A stretch of 64,000 nt of DNA, from contig JAYWIR010000044.1 of NCBI GenBank assembly GCA_036172245.1, forward strand, positions 62,001 to 126,000, given 5' to 3'. The position numbers were made by a program, and so were the translations under genes. The number at the start of each line of letters is the position of its first letter. Position 1 is the first letter of the stretch. Of this stretch, positions 25,351 through 36,928 are shown in pieces. Source of the stretch: Raillietiella orientalis. Lineage: Eukaryota. Under the pieces are notes generated by a model. The model made no database searches. It was not told the origin of the DNA and saw only the letters and a program-made list of their open reading frames with translations.

Positions 25351-27193
25351 GAGTATCGATCAGCGCCCCAAATCCAATTGTTTGCCTAGAAGCAAATCAC
25401 CCGCGTCATTTGGCGCAAACTAATGGAACGATGGAGCGAAGACAATCCATTAGTCGAAAAATTGAACCTGGAGCTCATTCGAATTCACATGTGAATGAAA
25501 ATTAGGAGCAGAACGAAAGGACATGAGTCCCAAAGAGATTCGGGGAGATGTCCCCTAAAGTTTTCTAAATGGTCACGAAGTGAGAGTTCGTGACCATTTA
25601 GGAAGTCTTCCATGCGTCGCGCTTCGGTATCTGGGAACCTTGTTCCCTCTATTCTTGGCTATCGCTCTCCTGGCTACCTTTACGACTGCTGCCAATGCAG
25701 GCTTGCAAAGATGCAATTGATCCCACTAAACGTTAGCAATTGCCAGTGATTGTAAGCACGATAACGGTACTTGCATCTAAGGATGCAAACATCCTTCCTT
25801 ATGAGTGATGCTTCGTGTTTTCCCCACAGAAAAGTGCAAACTTTCGATTTCTCGATCAGTGGCCGGAAGGGAAACTCTCTCCAGGAATCGGATCTCTAGG
25901 GCTTTTCGGCTGTCACTGAAACCCATGGAAGAAGGAAGTGTATGGGAATCTGAGTGTTCTCCCAGGTGGTGTGCCATCGGCAGGCCTGCATTAAGCCAGC
26001 GAGTCTGAAGAAATCGTAGAAAGCAGGTGGCCAAAATCTCCACGATCCACTCTTGAAGATGAACGCTCGGTTTCGGTGCGTGGCCTCTAGAAAAGAACGG
26101 TTGTCCTTGCGAATTTCATCGGACACTCGAAGCTGAGAGGTGGGCAAATTCAAGAATGAAAAGAAGGGGGAATTTTTTTTCTCTCTCTCTCTCTCTCTCG
26201 GGAGCCGTTTTGCTCTTCTGAAGTTTCTCATTTGTTTCTCAACGTTTCTGCGAGTGAGGAATTTAAGCAAGCAGATACCGGAGGGGGGGATTTGCTGAAA
26301 TTTTCAATTTTCTTGCAGCTACTCTCGAATGAATGCTGGGGTCCACGTCGAGGGGGAAACGGCAGCGCCTCTGCGCTCTCAGCGAACCCACGTTCGTGTG
26401 CTACACGTCCAGGAAAGATTGATCGCAAGCGGAAAATACCTTGTAAGCAGCGTGCTCCAGGAAACTGAAGTGACCAACGGCACTTCACATCAGCAAGCCG
26501 GCCACTCCGAAGGAAAAGTCGAAACCGGTTGATTGTAGGCGTCAATAAAGGAGCTCATTTCGAAGTGCTTTTTGAACAGCTGCGTTCTGGGTCTCGGGAT
26601 GGTGGGGTGCGGCCTTCGAACACCGGGAAACCGGAAATGCGCAAAACTTTCACCACTGGGACAGCTGATGTGTCTTCTTTGAGCCACCTGCCTTTGGAAG
26701 GTATGCTTCCATTTATTTCCTTGAGCATTTGGACTATTTATAGGCATTTGGACTATTTACGCGTGTTTAACAATAAATGCCTCAACAATGATTACCTTTC
26801 AGGCTAAATATGCCAACGGAGCATTGTTGCGTATCTATTTCTGTCCCGTGCAACAGAGCGTTTGCGAGTCGTGGATGGCGGGTGCGATGTATACGCCTGA
26901 CGATCGCACCTCCGACTCGCCATTCTTCTTCCGGGCTAAAGCGGGGAAAGCATCCCAGACGCTGCTCACTTCGGGTGGTCGCTCAGCAAAGTGAATTCTC
27001 ACCTTTGCTCATCGTCGGATGTTTCCGAATTTTGCCGGAGGAAACGCAGCACGAAGGAGCACGTGCTATGCGGCCAGAACTCATTCTCTTACCGAGCTGC
27101 GAAGCACTAAAAAAAAAAAAAAGCCTCCTTCTGCCCTTTTCTGTTACACATCTTTGCCAGAAAAAAAAAATCGTTTATCAGAGAACTTGTGCC

Positions 27194-27199
27194 TTTAAT
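27194..27199 (-). terminator. Candidate polyadenylation signal (ATTAAA) for the Dpr-like gene
   Basis: ATTAAA on the minus strand followed ~20-30 nt later by a T-rich tract; an alternative AATAAA lies at 26717-26712. Confidence 0.25.
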
Positions 27200-28638
27200 T
27201 GTATACCAGGTCTTTGCTTCTCTTTTCTTTTCGTGCGTGTCAGGATAGCATTTGTGCCTTTCTCCGTTCGCGTTCCTGGGGAAGGGGGGGAGGGGGGCTC
27301 TTTGCTGTTAAGATGGCTGCTTCATGTAGTACATCTCATTTTCCTGCAGAAACGCCTTAACTGCTGTGTCTCTCATTCCCTTCCTCTGGACAGAGGTTCT
27401 TCATACTTTGATTTCATTAAACAGTCGCTGCTCCCCGAGTCAAAGCAAATGCCCTGAAATTGATTTCTTTTTCTCTCAGGAAGAGCAGAGAGGACCTCTG
27501 TATTGTGATGACGAGCTTCCGTGGTTGCTGAAGACCCAAGGAGAACGTGGCGAGTGCGCTCGTTCTTCCACCCGTCTTCCTCAACAGCCAGATAGAGTTT
27601 GGAGGTATTTCAAAACTATCCCGGCGACCTGCCGCTTCTTCTTTCCGCCACGGGCAAACGGCGTAGGTGGGCCGGCCGCGTGCTTCACCATCGAGATTTT
27701 GGGGAAAGCAACATCCCTCGCGTCTTAGGAGCTGGAGTGTCTGGAAAGCTTCCGCACGCGGGAACGCGTGCCTGGTGAGCGAAGGACGTCCCGGTCAAGT
27801 TAACGATCTCCGCGCATACCCTGGCTCTGTCCTGGGAGGAATGCTGGCATGAGATGGAGCAGATCGGTCTTCGCAGGACCCGTGCGAAGGTGCTGCCGTC
27901 GCATCGGCGAATCCCTCTGCTGCTCGGATTGGTGGAAACCCGCCACGACTTCCCGGTCGCGAGGACAGCCTCTCATCCCCCAGGATTGGGAACCTCCCGG
28001 GCGGGTGCGCAAGCGAGAGAGGGAGGCATTCCGCAGCGTTGTTTGGTGCTTCCCGCAGGGCAGCCGACGGCTCTTCCTAAGTCGGGAGCGAACCCCGGTG
28101 GAGGTTGCCCAGCGCCACCTCAGCGGCGTGCCTATAGGTTTCCATTTCGGCTACCAGATGGCAAAGCGTGGCCGTCACACGCGGCCTGAGCAAACGAGCG
28201 GCACTGCCTCCGCTGATACCTCGCTCCAAAAAACCTCCGACCTTTTCCTGCCCCAGCCTTCAGTACCGGGGCGTGCCTGACTGCCCCCGAGAAGCTCAGA
28301 TGGGCCCGCAGAAAGAATGGAATGCATCACCATCGCAGTCCCAGTGGATGGTGGATGGAAAGAAGACACGAGGACACGGAAAGGGGCGGTGGCACCTTTT
28401 CTTTTTTTTACTACGCGCCCGGGGGCGCTGAATCGGCGAGAGGCCGCGCGCGCGCGCACTGCTTCTGTTGGAGGGTTCTCCTCACGCGAGTGACCCCCTC
28501 CTGGTCGTCTTGGGCAGAGAGGGGAGGGGAGAGACTGCCGAGCACTTGGTTGGTGCGTTCCTCCTCCCGCAGGCGCCACCGTCGCGACGGCGGCGGCTCC
28601 TCCTTCTTCACCGGGAGCGGTGCAACCCCACGAGGGCT

Positions 28639-28754
28639 TCAAGGAGAGCTCCCGGCCGCCAGCAGAAGGATGGCGAGGGCCGTGGCGGCGGAAGGGCTGC
28701 GCGGCCCGCAGTCGCTCCTACCGAACTCCCTCTTCATGGCTGCGGACTTCTCGC
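28639..28754 (-). CDS. Dpr-like gene terminal coding exon (stalk plus hydrophobic GPI-addition-like signal)
   Basis: Long polypyrimidine acceptor ...cctgattcccgcgttccag|GC; (G)EKSAAMKR echoes the Dpr GExPAAMQ motif; SAATALAILLLAAGSSP then TGA at 28641-28639. Confidence 0.88.
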
Positions 28755-28962
28755 CTGGAACGCGGGAATCAGGAAGAGGGAGGATGAGTCAAGGAAGGGA
28801 GGCACCGAGGGTCCGTTGCCCAGCGGCCCGCGTGCCCTCCGTCGGGCAAGCGCCCGCGGCGTGCGACGTCCGCCAGCGACGCGCACCCTCCGTCCCGGGG
28901 CAACTGCGGAGACCGAGTCGGACGCCACGGAGGCGTTGCCGGGCGACGGGCGCGCGACTCAC

Positions 28963-29268
28963 CGTTGAGGACGTGCAGCGTCACGTTGGCTGAAGGGAGG
29001 CCGTAGGGGTAGCACATGTAGAGACCCTGATCCGACTTCCTGGCGTCCCTGACCTCCAGCACGGAGGTCACCACGGACTCGTTGATGCGCGTGCTCTCGT
29101 AGCGCACGCGGCTGCCCTGCGCGGCGCGCGGGTTGATCAGCACGGAGTTGCGCAGCCACCGGATGTAGGCGGGGTCCTCCAGGCAGCCGGAGATGCGGCA
29201 CCGCATGACGGCGCTGCCGCCCTGGTTCACGTGAAAATCGCCCGAGGGCGTGATGTCCACCAACGGAA
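28963..29268 (-). CDS. Dpr-like gene coding exon 4 (Ig2)
   Basis: Acceptor tcttccgttgcag|TT; Ig motifs SAVMRC..YIRWLRN..SVLEVRDARKSDQGLYMCYP..ANVTLHVLN; donor AAC G|gtgagt. Confidence 0.95.
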
Positions 29269-32200
29269 CTGCAACGGAAGAGAACGGTCAACGGGTACAG
29301 GACGGGTCTCTTGGAATTTTCCGGCATCACCCCTCCCCTGCCACGCGTGGGGAATCTTTCCGGACCGCCGGAAGGTCTGACTTTGAGAAGCCCCGCCCTT
29401 CCACGACAACGCGCGCGCGACTCCCTGCGGCGGCATTGACGGGGAAAGCGGGAAAGCGAAATCGCAGAGCACCGCCTGGCGCAGTGGGCGCGGCGCCTTC
29501 GACCGGAAAGTGGCGAGCGACGTCCTCCCGCTTGCAAAGAGGGAGTGGAAGGACGAGGTCACCTCGTACGAAGATGAGCTTTGACCCTTCTCCTTCAGGG
29601 ATTCCTGCTTGGCCCTCGGGAAAACGGAAGGAGGCTGCGGAGGCCACTATGCAACCGGCGGGATTGGGCGAGCCCTCGGGGACACGGGAAGTGGATCCTG
29701 CCGACCTGAACCCTTCGGGCAACCAGCAACGTGAGGGGTAAATCCCCGTGTCGGGAACCGTCAGGCTCGAAGGTCTCCGGATTACGGAGCCCAGCCGTGC
29801 TCTGACCGCAGGTCTCGCTCGCCCTGGGCTGTCGATGCGAGGAGCCTCTGACCTCTCCGCATCTCACAGCATCCTCGCTGAGTCTCCCGGAGGCATCTGA
29901 GGGTCTCATTCGCGCGCTCCCCGCGTGCGCGGTGCCCCGGCGGGCCCGATCTTCCCGGTCGCATCGGGTCGGTTGCCTGGGGGAACGGAGCGCAGGAAGG
30001 TTTTCGCCGTTGCCGCTCCCCACGTGCGCCACCTCCGGGTCGCCATCGAACCAGCGCAGCTCTTCCGGTCTTCAGGACAGGGGCGTTCCCGGGCGAAGAG
30101 GAAAGCACTGCCTTGCAGGCCAGGGGAGTCCAGCAGGAAAGCGCCGTGTCGGAGGAAGTTTCGGCGGATCCCGCCAGCCGGCAGCAGTGCTCTCCAAGGT
30201 GCGGCGGCGGCATCTGTCGAGCGCCGAGTCAAGCCCCATCTCGGAAGGGAGGTCAGGAAGGGGGTCGCCGGTTCCTTTCCGCGGAGGGGACAGTCGCCGC
30301 TGTTTCCGACCGCCCTCGCCGTCGCTGCGACTGTCGACCGCCCCCTTCCCGGAACACGAACGTCCGGACTGGAAATCAGAGGCGAACGCCGCGGCCAAAC
30401 GGAAGAATCCCGTGCGTACCTCTGCCGCTCGTAGCCGGCGCCGGCCTCGCCATGCGACAGGCCAGCGGTCGCTCGGCCGGAGATCGCCGCCGCGGAAACT
30501 CAGAGGGCCTCCGCAAGTGGGGAAGCCTCGGAGACGGACCTCACCTCCGGCCCTGCCGACCGTCCGCCAGCTTCCCTCGTTGCCCCCGCAACGCTTGAGA
30601 CTCGAGTGAGCGGGCCCGTAGCTTCGACGAAAGCTGTGCGCCCGACGGAAGGGCTGCGCGCGTACGGTCTGCCCTTTGACGCCAGTTTGAGGAAGCCTTC
30701 ACCGCGACACGGGACTGGAGGGGAGGCGGGGGAGCGGAAAGCGGTTCCCTAAGGAAGAGTGCACCCGTAGGGCGTCCGAGCGCCTGAATGATGCTGCGTG
30801 AGTGGGAGCTTTGTTCCGTCACGCGTGCAGTTCCAAGCGGGCGTTCTTCCAGGGAGTCACCACTCCGTCGCAGTGGCTTCAGATGAAAAGTACACTTCAT
30901 CTCTGCTGTCGAGGACTACCAGCAAACGTTCCTGCCATCTCTTAAGGAAGGAAATTTCCTGCAAAAGGGAGGCCGCTTTGCCGATCTCGTCAGAGCGACG
31001 CCGTCGCAGAGGACCACTCTTATCAAAGCGGTCCCTGGTCCAGCGGAGCATCGTTGAGCCGGCACCAGGAAGGGGAACCCTTTCCAGAAAGGAAAGCCCC
31101 ATCCACCTAATCCACCAGGGATTATCGTCGAGCGTTATTTTCCTCCGCGGATGACGAAAACGGGCATCGGGAAATCCGTGCTCCGACAGCGTGGCTGAAA
31201 ATAGTGCCGCAGACTTTCCCGAAAGTCAGCTTTGCTTGTTCGCCATGTGTTTTTTTTTTTTTTGGGGGGGGGGGGACATTCAGACGGTTTGTCGTTAGTC
31301 TAAAAATAATAACGGTAATAACAAAATGAAAATAAATCGGAGATAGCTGGCCGCGTCATTGATCCACGGCATTAGGGCGAGGGAACCGCTCAGCGGCGAT
31401 CATTTCCTGCATTCCCCGTCCTTGCCTCCGGACCCGAACTTCCCAGAACTCTCCTGCCTCAATGAAATAAAAGCTGCGTTCATTATGAAAGACACTCCGG
31501 CAGATCCGATAATTCATAGCATCGATTACTTTCGTTTGGACGATATGAGTTATGGCACCCCTGCCTCAAGCTGCATCTGCATACTCTCGTCACCTTCACG
31601 TGTGATGCCATTAATTATTGAGCGCATCGCTACTACAGCAACGTGTGTGTTCCAAGCAACTTTATTTTGCTCGGATCCGCAAGATAAATTATCCTCTGTT
31701 GCCTGACTCGTTCCGCTTTACCACATGAATAACGGAGTCCCCGGGTTTTCGCGAACCGCCGCCGCTCTCATGAATAAATGTAGCGGAAGAACTTTGGATT
31801 CTTCACGTGCTGGCGGTCCAAGGTGCACTGGGCCGGCGGTCCGAGGATTACCGGCTGCGGTCGTAAACCATGGATTTGAAATTCATAATTCACAAAAATG
31901 TCCCTGATTTTATGGCTCCCCGATCCTTGGAAATCCTTCAGCTGCGCTGCCTACGATCTTCGCGGAGGGGCAGTGGTGCGGCGGGCTGAATAGGAAAGAT
32001 CTCCGCTGGAAAAAGGGGGGGGGGGGATGCGAGGACGCGTCTTGCATCCCCTCTTGCTACGGCGATCCCGCTGGAAGACGAGGGCTCTTCCCGGAAAGCG
32101 CGTCCTTTCCGCTCTTCGGCTGCAGCCGCGCGTGGGCGCTGAGACGCCGGCGGCGCACCCGCGCGGGTCGCGCTCGGGATCCTTTAGCGTTTCGAGGAAG

Positions 32201-32608
32201 GCATTCGGGGGTGACACACCCCTTTCCGGAGCGCGTTCTCCGGGCCTCGCCGGGTGTTCTCCGACCCAGGAGCGTCTGTTTCGCCAGCTGTAACTTTGAC
32301 CGACGCAAAAAACTTTTGATCCCGAGAGTGGTGCTGGCGAGAGCTCATCATTTCCCAGGCACGGCTGGGAGCTTGTCTTCGAAGCGCGGACTTCCGGCTC
32401 CGAGGAGCCGGGAACGCTGGATCGGGGGGAGGCCCCACGCATGCTAGACGATCGCGCAGTTCTCCTTGGCGGTCGGGAACGCGCCGGGCGAGCTCAGCGA
32501 CAAGCGACCCTCCCCCCCCCCCGCCGAGCCCTTGGTGGACTAAAAAAGTGGTAGACTTCCTCGCCTCCTCAGGAAGGCGTGGGAGGGGTGGAAGGTTGGA
32601 GTCACCAA

Positions 32609-33312
32609 GCTCTGATACTTTCCACGCCCCCCGGGGGGTGCGTGTGACTCTTCAGGTCATAGGGGGTGTCCCATGAATCCAAGAAGTCCCGCTAGAAGGA
32701 GTCCGTTCCTTTTACGCCTGGGAGCGAAACCCTGGTTGCCTTCCTCGTTCGCTCCGGAGAGGTCACCCGGAGGCGACCGCTCCTCGTTCCCCGTCCAAAG
32801 GGAACCCGGAAAGGATCCTCTAGTAGGAATTTCTTCTCTGGAGAAGCCCCCCGGAAAGGAAACGCTCCTCTGAAGAGGACCCCGAAGGGGGGACGCTCCC
32901 GAAATTTTCTCGAAAGGGCGCTCCCCGAAGGAAGCGGCACGCTTTTCTGAACTCTCTCTGGAGAGGTGGCGACACGCCTACTCCATGGTACGACGCGGAG
33001 GATCCCCCCCCCCCCCCGGAAGAGAGACAGACGGCTCCTTTAAACAACCGGGGGAAAAATTCCACTCGTTGATTCCTGAAGGACCCGGGATCCCACCCAC
33101 TCATCGTGGGGCGTTCGGTTTGAACCGCTACCTGCGCGGCACCCGAATGAACAGAAGAGGCCAAGCAGCGTCATCTCGCGGAACGAACTCGAACCGACGA
33201 CGCAGCAGCCCCCATCTCTCGGCGTCGGTTCCTGCCGAGCGTTCGAACCCACGACGCTTGGCGGTGCCACGAGCGGAGAGACCTCAGAAACCACGTGGCC
33301 TCCGACGCGGGC
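32609..33312 (-). mobile_element. SINE-like element, copy 2 (full length, intron 3)
   Basis: Reverse strand starts GCCCGCGTCGGAGGCCACGTGGTT...GGGTTCGAACG; shares GAGAAGAAATTCCTACTAG, AGGCGT..GAAC(C)GGACTCC, GGATTCAT and the 3' hairpin with copy 1. Confidence 0.75.
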
Positions 33313-35099
33313 AACCGGCGGGAACAGCCGGAAGATGCGTGTTCGTGCGGCCAAACGCGCGGGAATTCTTCCAGGGTTCGCTTACGCTCCGGTCGTCACC
33401 TACGGCGGGCCGAAAAATGCCGGAGTTCTCGAGGTTTGCTCTGGGAATCCCCGCAAGGTTCTTCAGGCACTGCAGATACTTTCTAATCGCGCACGCTATC
33501 TGCACTGATTAGAGGAAAGTCTGACTCGAGAAATGATACATTATCTTTATCATTCTGTTTCGTCCGGAGGTGTAGTTGTCGAAACTCTCTTTCCGGATTT
33601 ATCGCGTATTCTGAATCGGCGATTTCCGTGAATGCCAACGGAGCATCGGGAACATTCCTCGGAAGACATAAATCATGCGTTGGATGGGAAAGGGATCGCA
33701 TCGGGATGGATGCAGGAGGCATCCATTGCTCCTCGTGCCAGTAAGCACGCTGGAATGGTGAGGCGGAAGAAAGGATTCCCTCAGCCCGCGCCGAACAGTG
33801 GCCTGACGCGCGGATGAAATGGGGAAGGGGGAAAGGGGGGAGATTTTTTTTCCGGATCGCATCCATCGGATGCGCGTTCCAATTCCTCGCAGCACCTCGG
33901 ATGCTTCCGTAAGAAAGTGGGAAGCGAACCAGAAAACTCTTGTATCCTTTTTGGGAACGGTCTTTCGGAATGAAAGGCAAGAAGCGGTTTCCGGTGGGGT
34001 GTTGAATTCTCGCGCTCCCCCGCGCGCTCTGGATTTCGATCGGCGGGAGCGGAGCACCGCCGTTGCTAAGCACCCGACGCGGAAGGCGGGCCATGGGAAC
34101 TCGCGACATTGTAAAACCGCGAGAAGCTGTGAACAAGGCAGTCATCTGCTGCCGGAAACCTGACGAGGACTGAACCCGTGTACTTGAGGGAGAGGTGGCA
34201 GGTCCTCATGTGAAGATGGAGCCCGGGAGTGCTTCAGCATTGCTCAGAACAAAGCGAAAGACGCGCCGCACCCCATCAAGATGCAAAACGTTTCATATCT
34301 TCAAGGGGAAGGAAAGCGATGATCCAGTGGATCGTTCCCTTTGCAGCCCGTGAGGACGACCACCGTCTGGAAAAACAGCATGGCTGCGGGACCAAAAATG
34401 CGGAAGAACACGGCTGAAACGAGCAACAAAAGTCTCTGCCACAGAGTGGAGCTGAGAAAGAAAGAAGACCCCGGAAGCCTTGCGTTTGTCGTCTGCAACG
34501 ATCTTCCGCCTCCAGCCACCTGCTGGAGGAACGGGAGCCTTTGCCTCTCGGCATTCATCCAAAGATCGGGGACGCTGGCGCCGCTGAGCAACCACCAGGA
34601 ACGAGTTCTGCTGCTCTTCACTGCCGCCTCGAGCTGATGGGTGAAGCGAGCTGCGGTGAGGCGCACCACCATCTGGAGCGGGCGCGCGCGTACTCAAAGA
34701 CCGGCGTTGTCGTGCGAGCGGGATCTCCCGTGGCTTTACTTCCGCCGGTTAAACCTGGACCCGCGTTCTGTCTTTCTCCCCTTCTGCCTCGGTGATCACA
34801 AACGACAGCAGCACCTGGCACCTCGGTTGCTCCAAACTTTCGGACCAAACTCCGGGACCCACTGACTGCACGCGCGCAGAGAAAGAGGGAGCGGAGGGAC
34901 GCTCGTACGTACGCTGTTGCATCTGGAGTGGAGGGAGCGGATGCACAATGGGGGAACGAGGGAGGCATCACGGGGAATGGATGCAGAGATAGTCTTGAGG
35001 AACCCATGATCGTGTGACTGCGTTATCAACAGGAACCCTAATCCCGAACAGCTCCGGGAAGCTCGCATGGTTCCAACTTCGCATTCAACAGTTGATCAA

Positions 35100-36100
35100 A
35101 GCCTTGCATAAAGAAGTAAATTGAAGGCAGCATCGTTATTTCCCGGGAGCGTGTATTGATTTCCTGATGAGTCCTCGACTGGATGCGTTCCTCCCAGTGA
35201 GCCTTCCTCAATTTCGTAGGAACCGACTGAAAACACGAATAAAGGGAGGATTTCCTGTGTTCCAGAAACTGCATTACTGCCGCAGCTTGGCCTCTCGTGG
35301 AGGGACAAGGGCGGTGCTGGAAGTCCCTCCTCAGAGCGGACGTTCTTCCGCAAGTCGCTGCCGGATCGGCGGTGCATTTTGCGGACACGCTGCGAAATCG
35401 TGGTGCAGGTCGGGCCCTGAGGGGCTGACGAACGCCCTCGGAGAAGTGGTTCATGAGTTGGGAAGTTTCGAACTGATCGGGGAGCGTCTCTTCTGGGTTC
35501 TCTTCAGAGGAGTAAAAACATGAGAGGATACCTTGCGGGTGATCCCTCCGGAGAAGGAATTCCAGGATCGGATCCTTTCCGGGTTCCCTTCAGAGAAGAA
35601 AGGATGGAGCGTATTCCCCCCCCCCCCCCGGGCGTCCTCCGGAGAGAATAAGGAAGGAGAATTCCCTTCTGGATTCCCCTTCGGAGACAACCAGGGTGGA
35701 GGTGATCTCCATTTCCGGGGAGCCCCTCCCCAGGCGTGAGAGGAACGGGCTCCTAGTCCTTCCTGGATTCATAGGGCGGACCCCTCCCGGGATACCCTCT
35801 ATCTTGAGGAATTACCCACCCTCGGGTGGCGTGGAACCGTGTCGAAGGATTTCCATCATCCTGCTTCTACGTGTCCCGTCCTAACACATCTTCCTGCTAG
35901 CCGCTCGCTGAAGAGGGCCGCCGGGTGCGGAACCGGAACCGATGAAAACTTGTTGACCGTCCCGGGGGCAAGTGATCACGTTCGTTGCCCTTTTGGGGAG
36001 CTCCACGGTTTCCACCTCTAGAAAACGAATTCCAGTCTTCGAGCTGGAATGCTCCAGCCCACAGCTTCAAGCGTGGTTGGCCTTTCCGGTGTTCCCACGC
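35100..36100 (+). mobile_element. Decayed Tc1-like transposase remnant interrupted by SINE copy 3, tentative
   Basis: VL..DESS (~35150; cf. VLFSDES), RGGTRAVLE (cf. GGGSVMVWG), and after the SINE IPVFELECSSPQL (cf. IxxLEWPxxSPDL). Confidence 0.35.
35482..35846 (+). mobile_element. SINE-like element, copy 3 (5'-truncated, intron 3)
   Basis: GGGTTCTCTTCAGAGGAGT...CCCTCCGGAGA...AGTCCTTCCTGGATTCATAGGG...TATCTTGA..CACCCTCGGGTGGCGTGGAAC is colinear with 6672-7040. Confidence 0.75.
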
Positions 36101-36717
36101 GCCACTGGGAAAGCATCTTATTCCAGGCCAAGCATCCGAAGTAGCTTCCTTGTCAGTGGGACGGGGGGAGGGGGTTGCTGCCAGCAACAAAAAGGGGGGG
36201 GGGGGAGAACGGGATGAATGGAATCGAATTCCAAGCACGCATGTGTTATGTGGCTTAACACTTTGAACCTGCATCCCGGCTGCAACGGAACGCTCCATCC
36301 AGGCGGCGCCCGCCCGTGCGAGTTCTTATCGAAAATTCAGTTTTTTCCAGCGGCCTTATCGGGGGAACTGGTTGAAAATTTTGGCACTCGGCTTCTGTTT
36401 CTCCTCTTTCGCATCGATCTGCCGTGAAAGTGCTGGACGGATCGTGGATCATGAAAGCCCGTGGATGATTATGCAGGAATGGCGAAGACCGTAAACGTGC
36501 AAACACGCACATAAAACCCAAATCTCAAAGACGTGCCGGTGTGATTCGTATGAATTATCGCGTGAAGTTGATGAACGAATCTCGCAAATAAGGCGCTTTC
36601 CATACAAATAAGTGCTCTTTTTCTTCTTGTTCTTCTTCTTCGTCTTCGTCTTCTCTTCCCCCCCGCCCCTCCCCCATTCCCGTAAGTGGACACACCAAAA
36701 ACACAGACAGCACCTAC

Positions 36718-36928
36718 CCAAGACTTGCAGAACAATTTCGTAACTGGTTTTCGGTTCACCAGAGATTTGGCACTCGTATATACCCTGATCTTCCATTTTC
36801 ACTTGCTTAATCTGCAGTATCCATTGGTCAGAGAAGTTCGTATGGTGCACTAAGAACCGGGGGTCGTTGATAAAAACAGCCTGGTCTACTGAGATAATGT
36901 AAGAATCCCGTTTTCGAATCCAGGAAAC
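36718..36928 (-). CDS. Dpr-like gene coding exon 3 (rest of Ig1)
   Basis: Acceptor ttctgtag|GTT; VSWIRKRDSYIISVDQAVFINDPRF...WILQIKQVKMEDQGIYECQISGEPK carries the Dpr hallmarks VSWIRxRD, DxRF, WxLxI and DxGxYECQ; donor TTG G|gtaggt. Confidence 0.95.

Noticed and set aside
35164..35190. Hammerhead ribozyme at CTGATGAGTCC
   Set aside because: No GAAA after the putative stem II.
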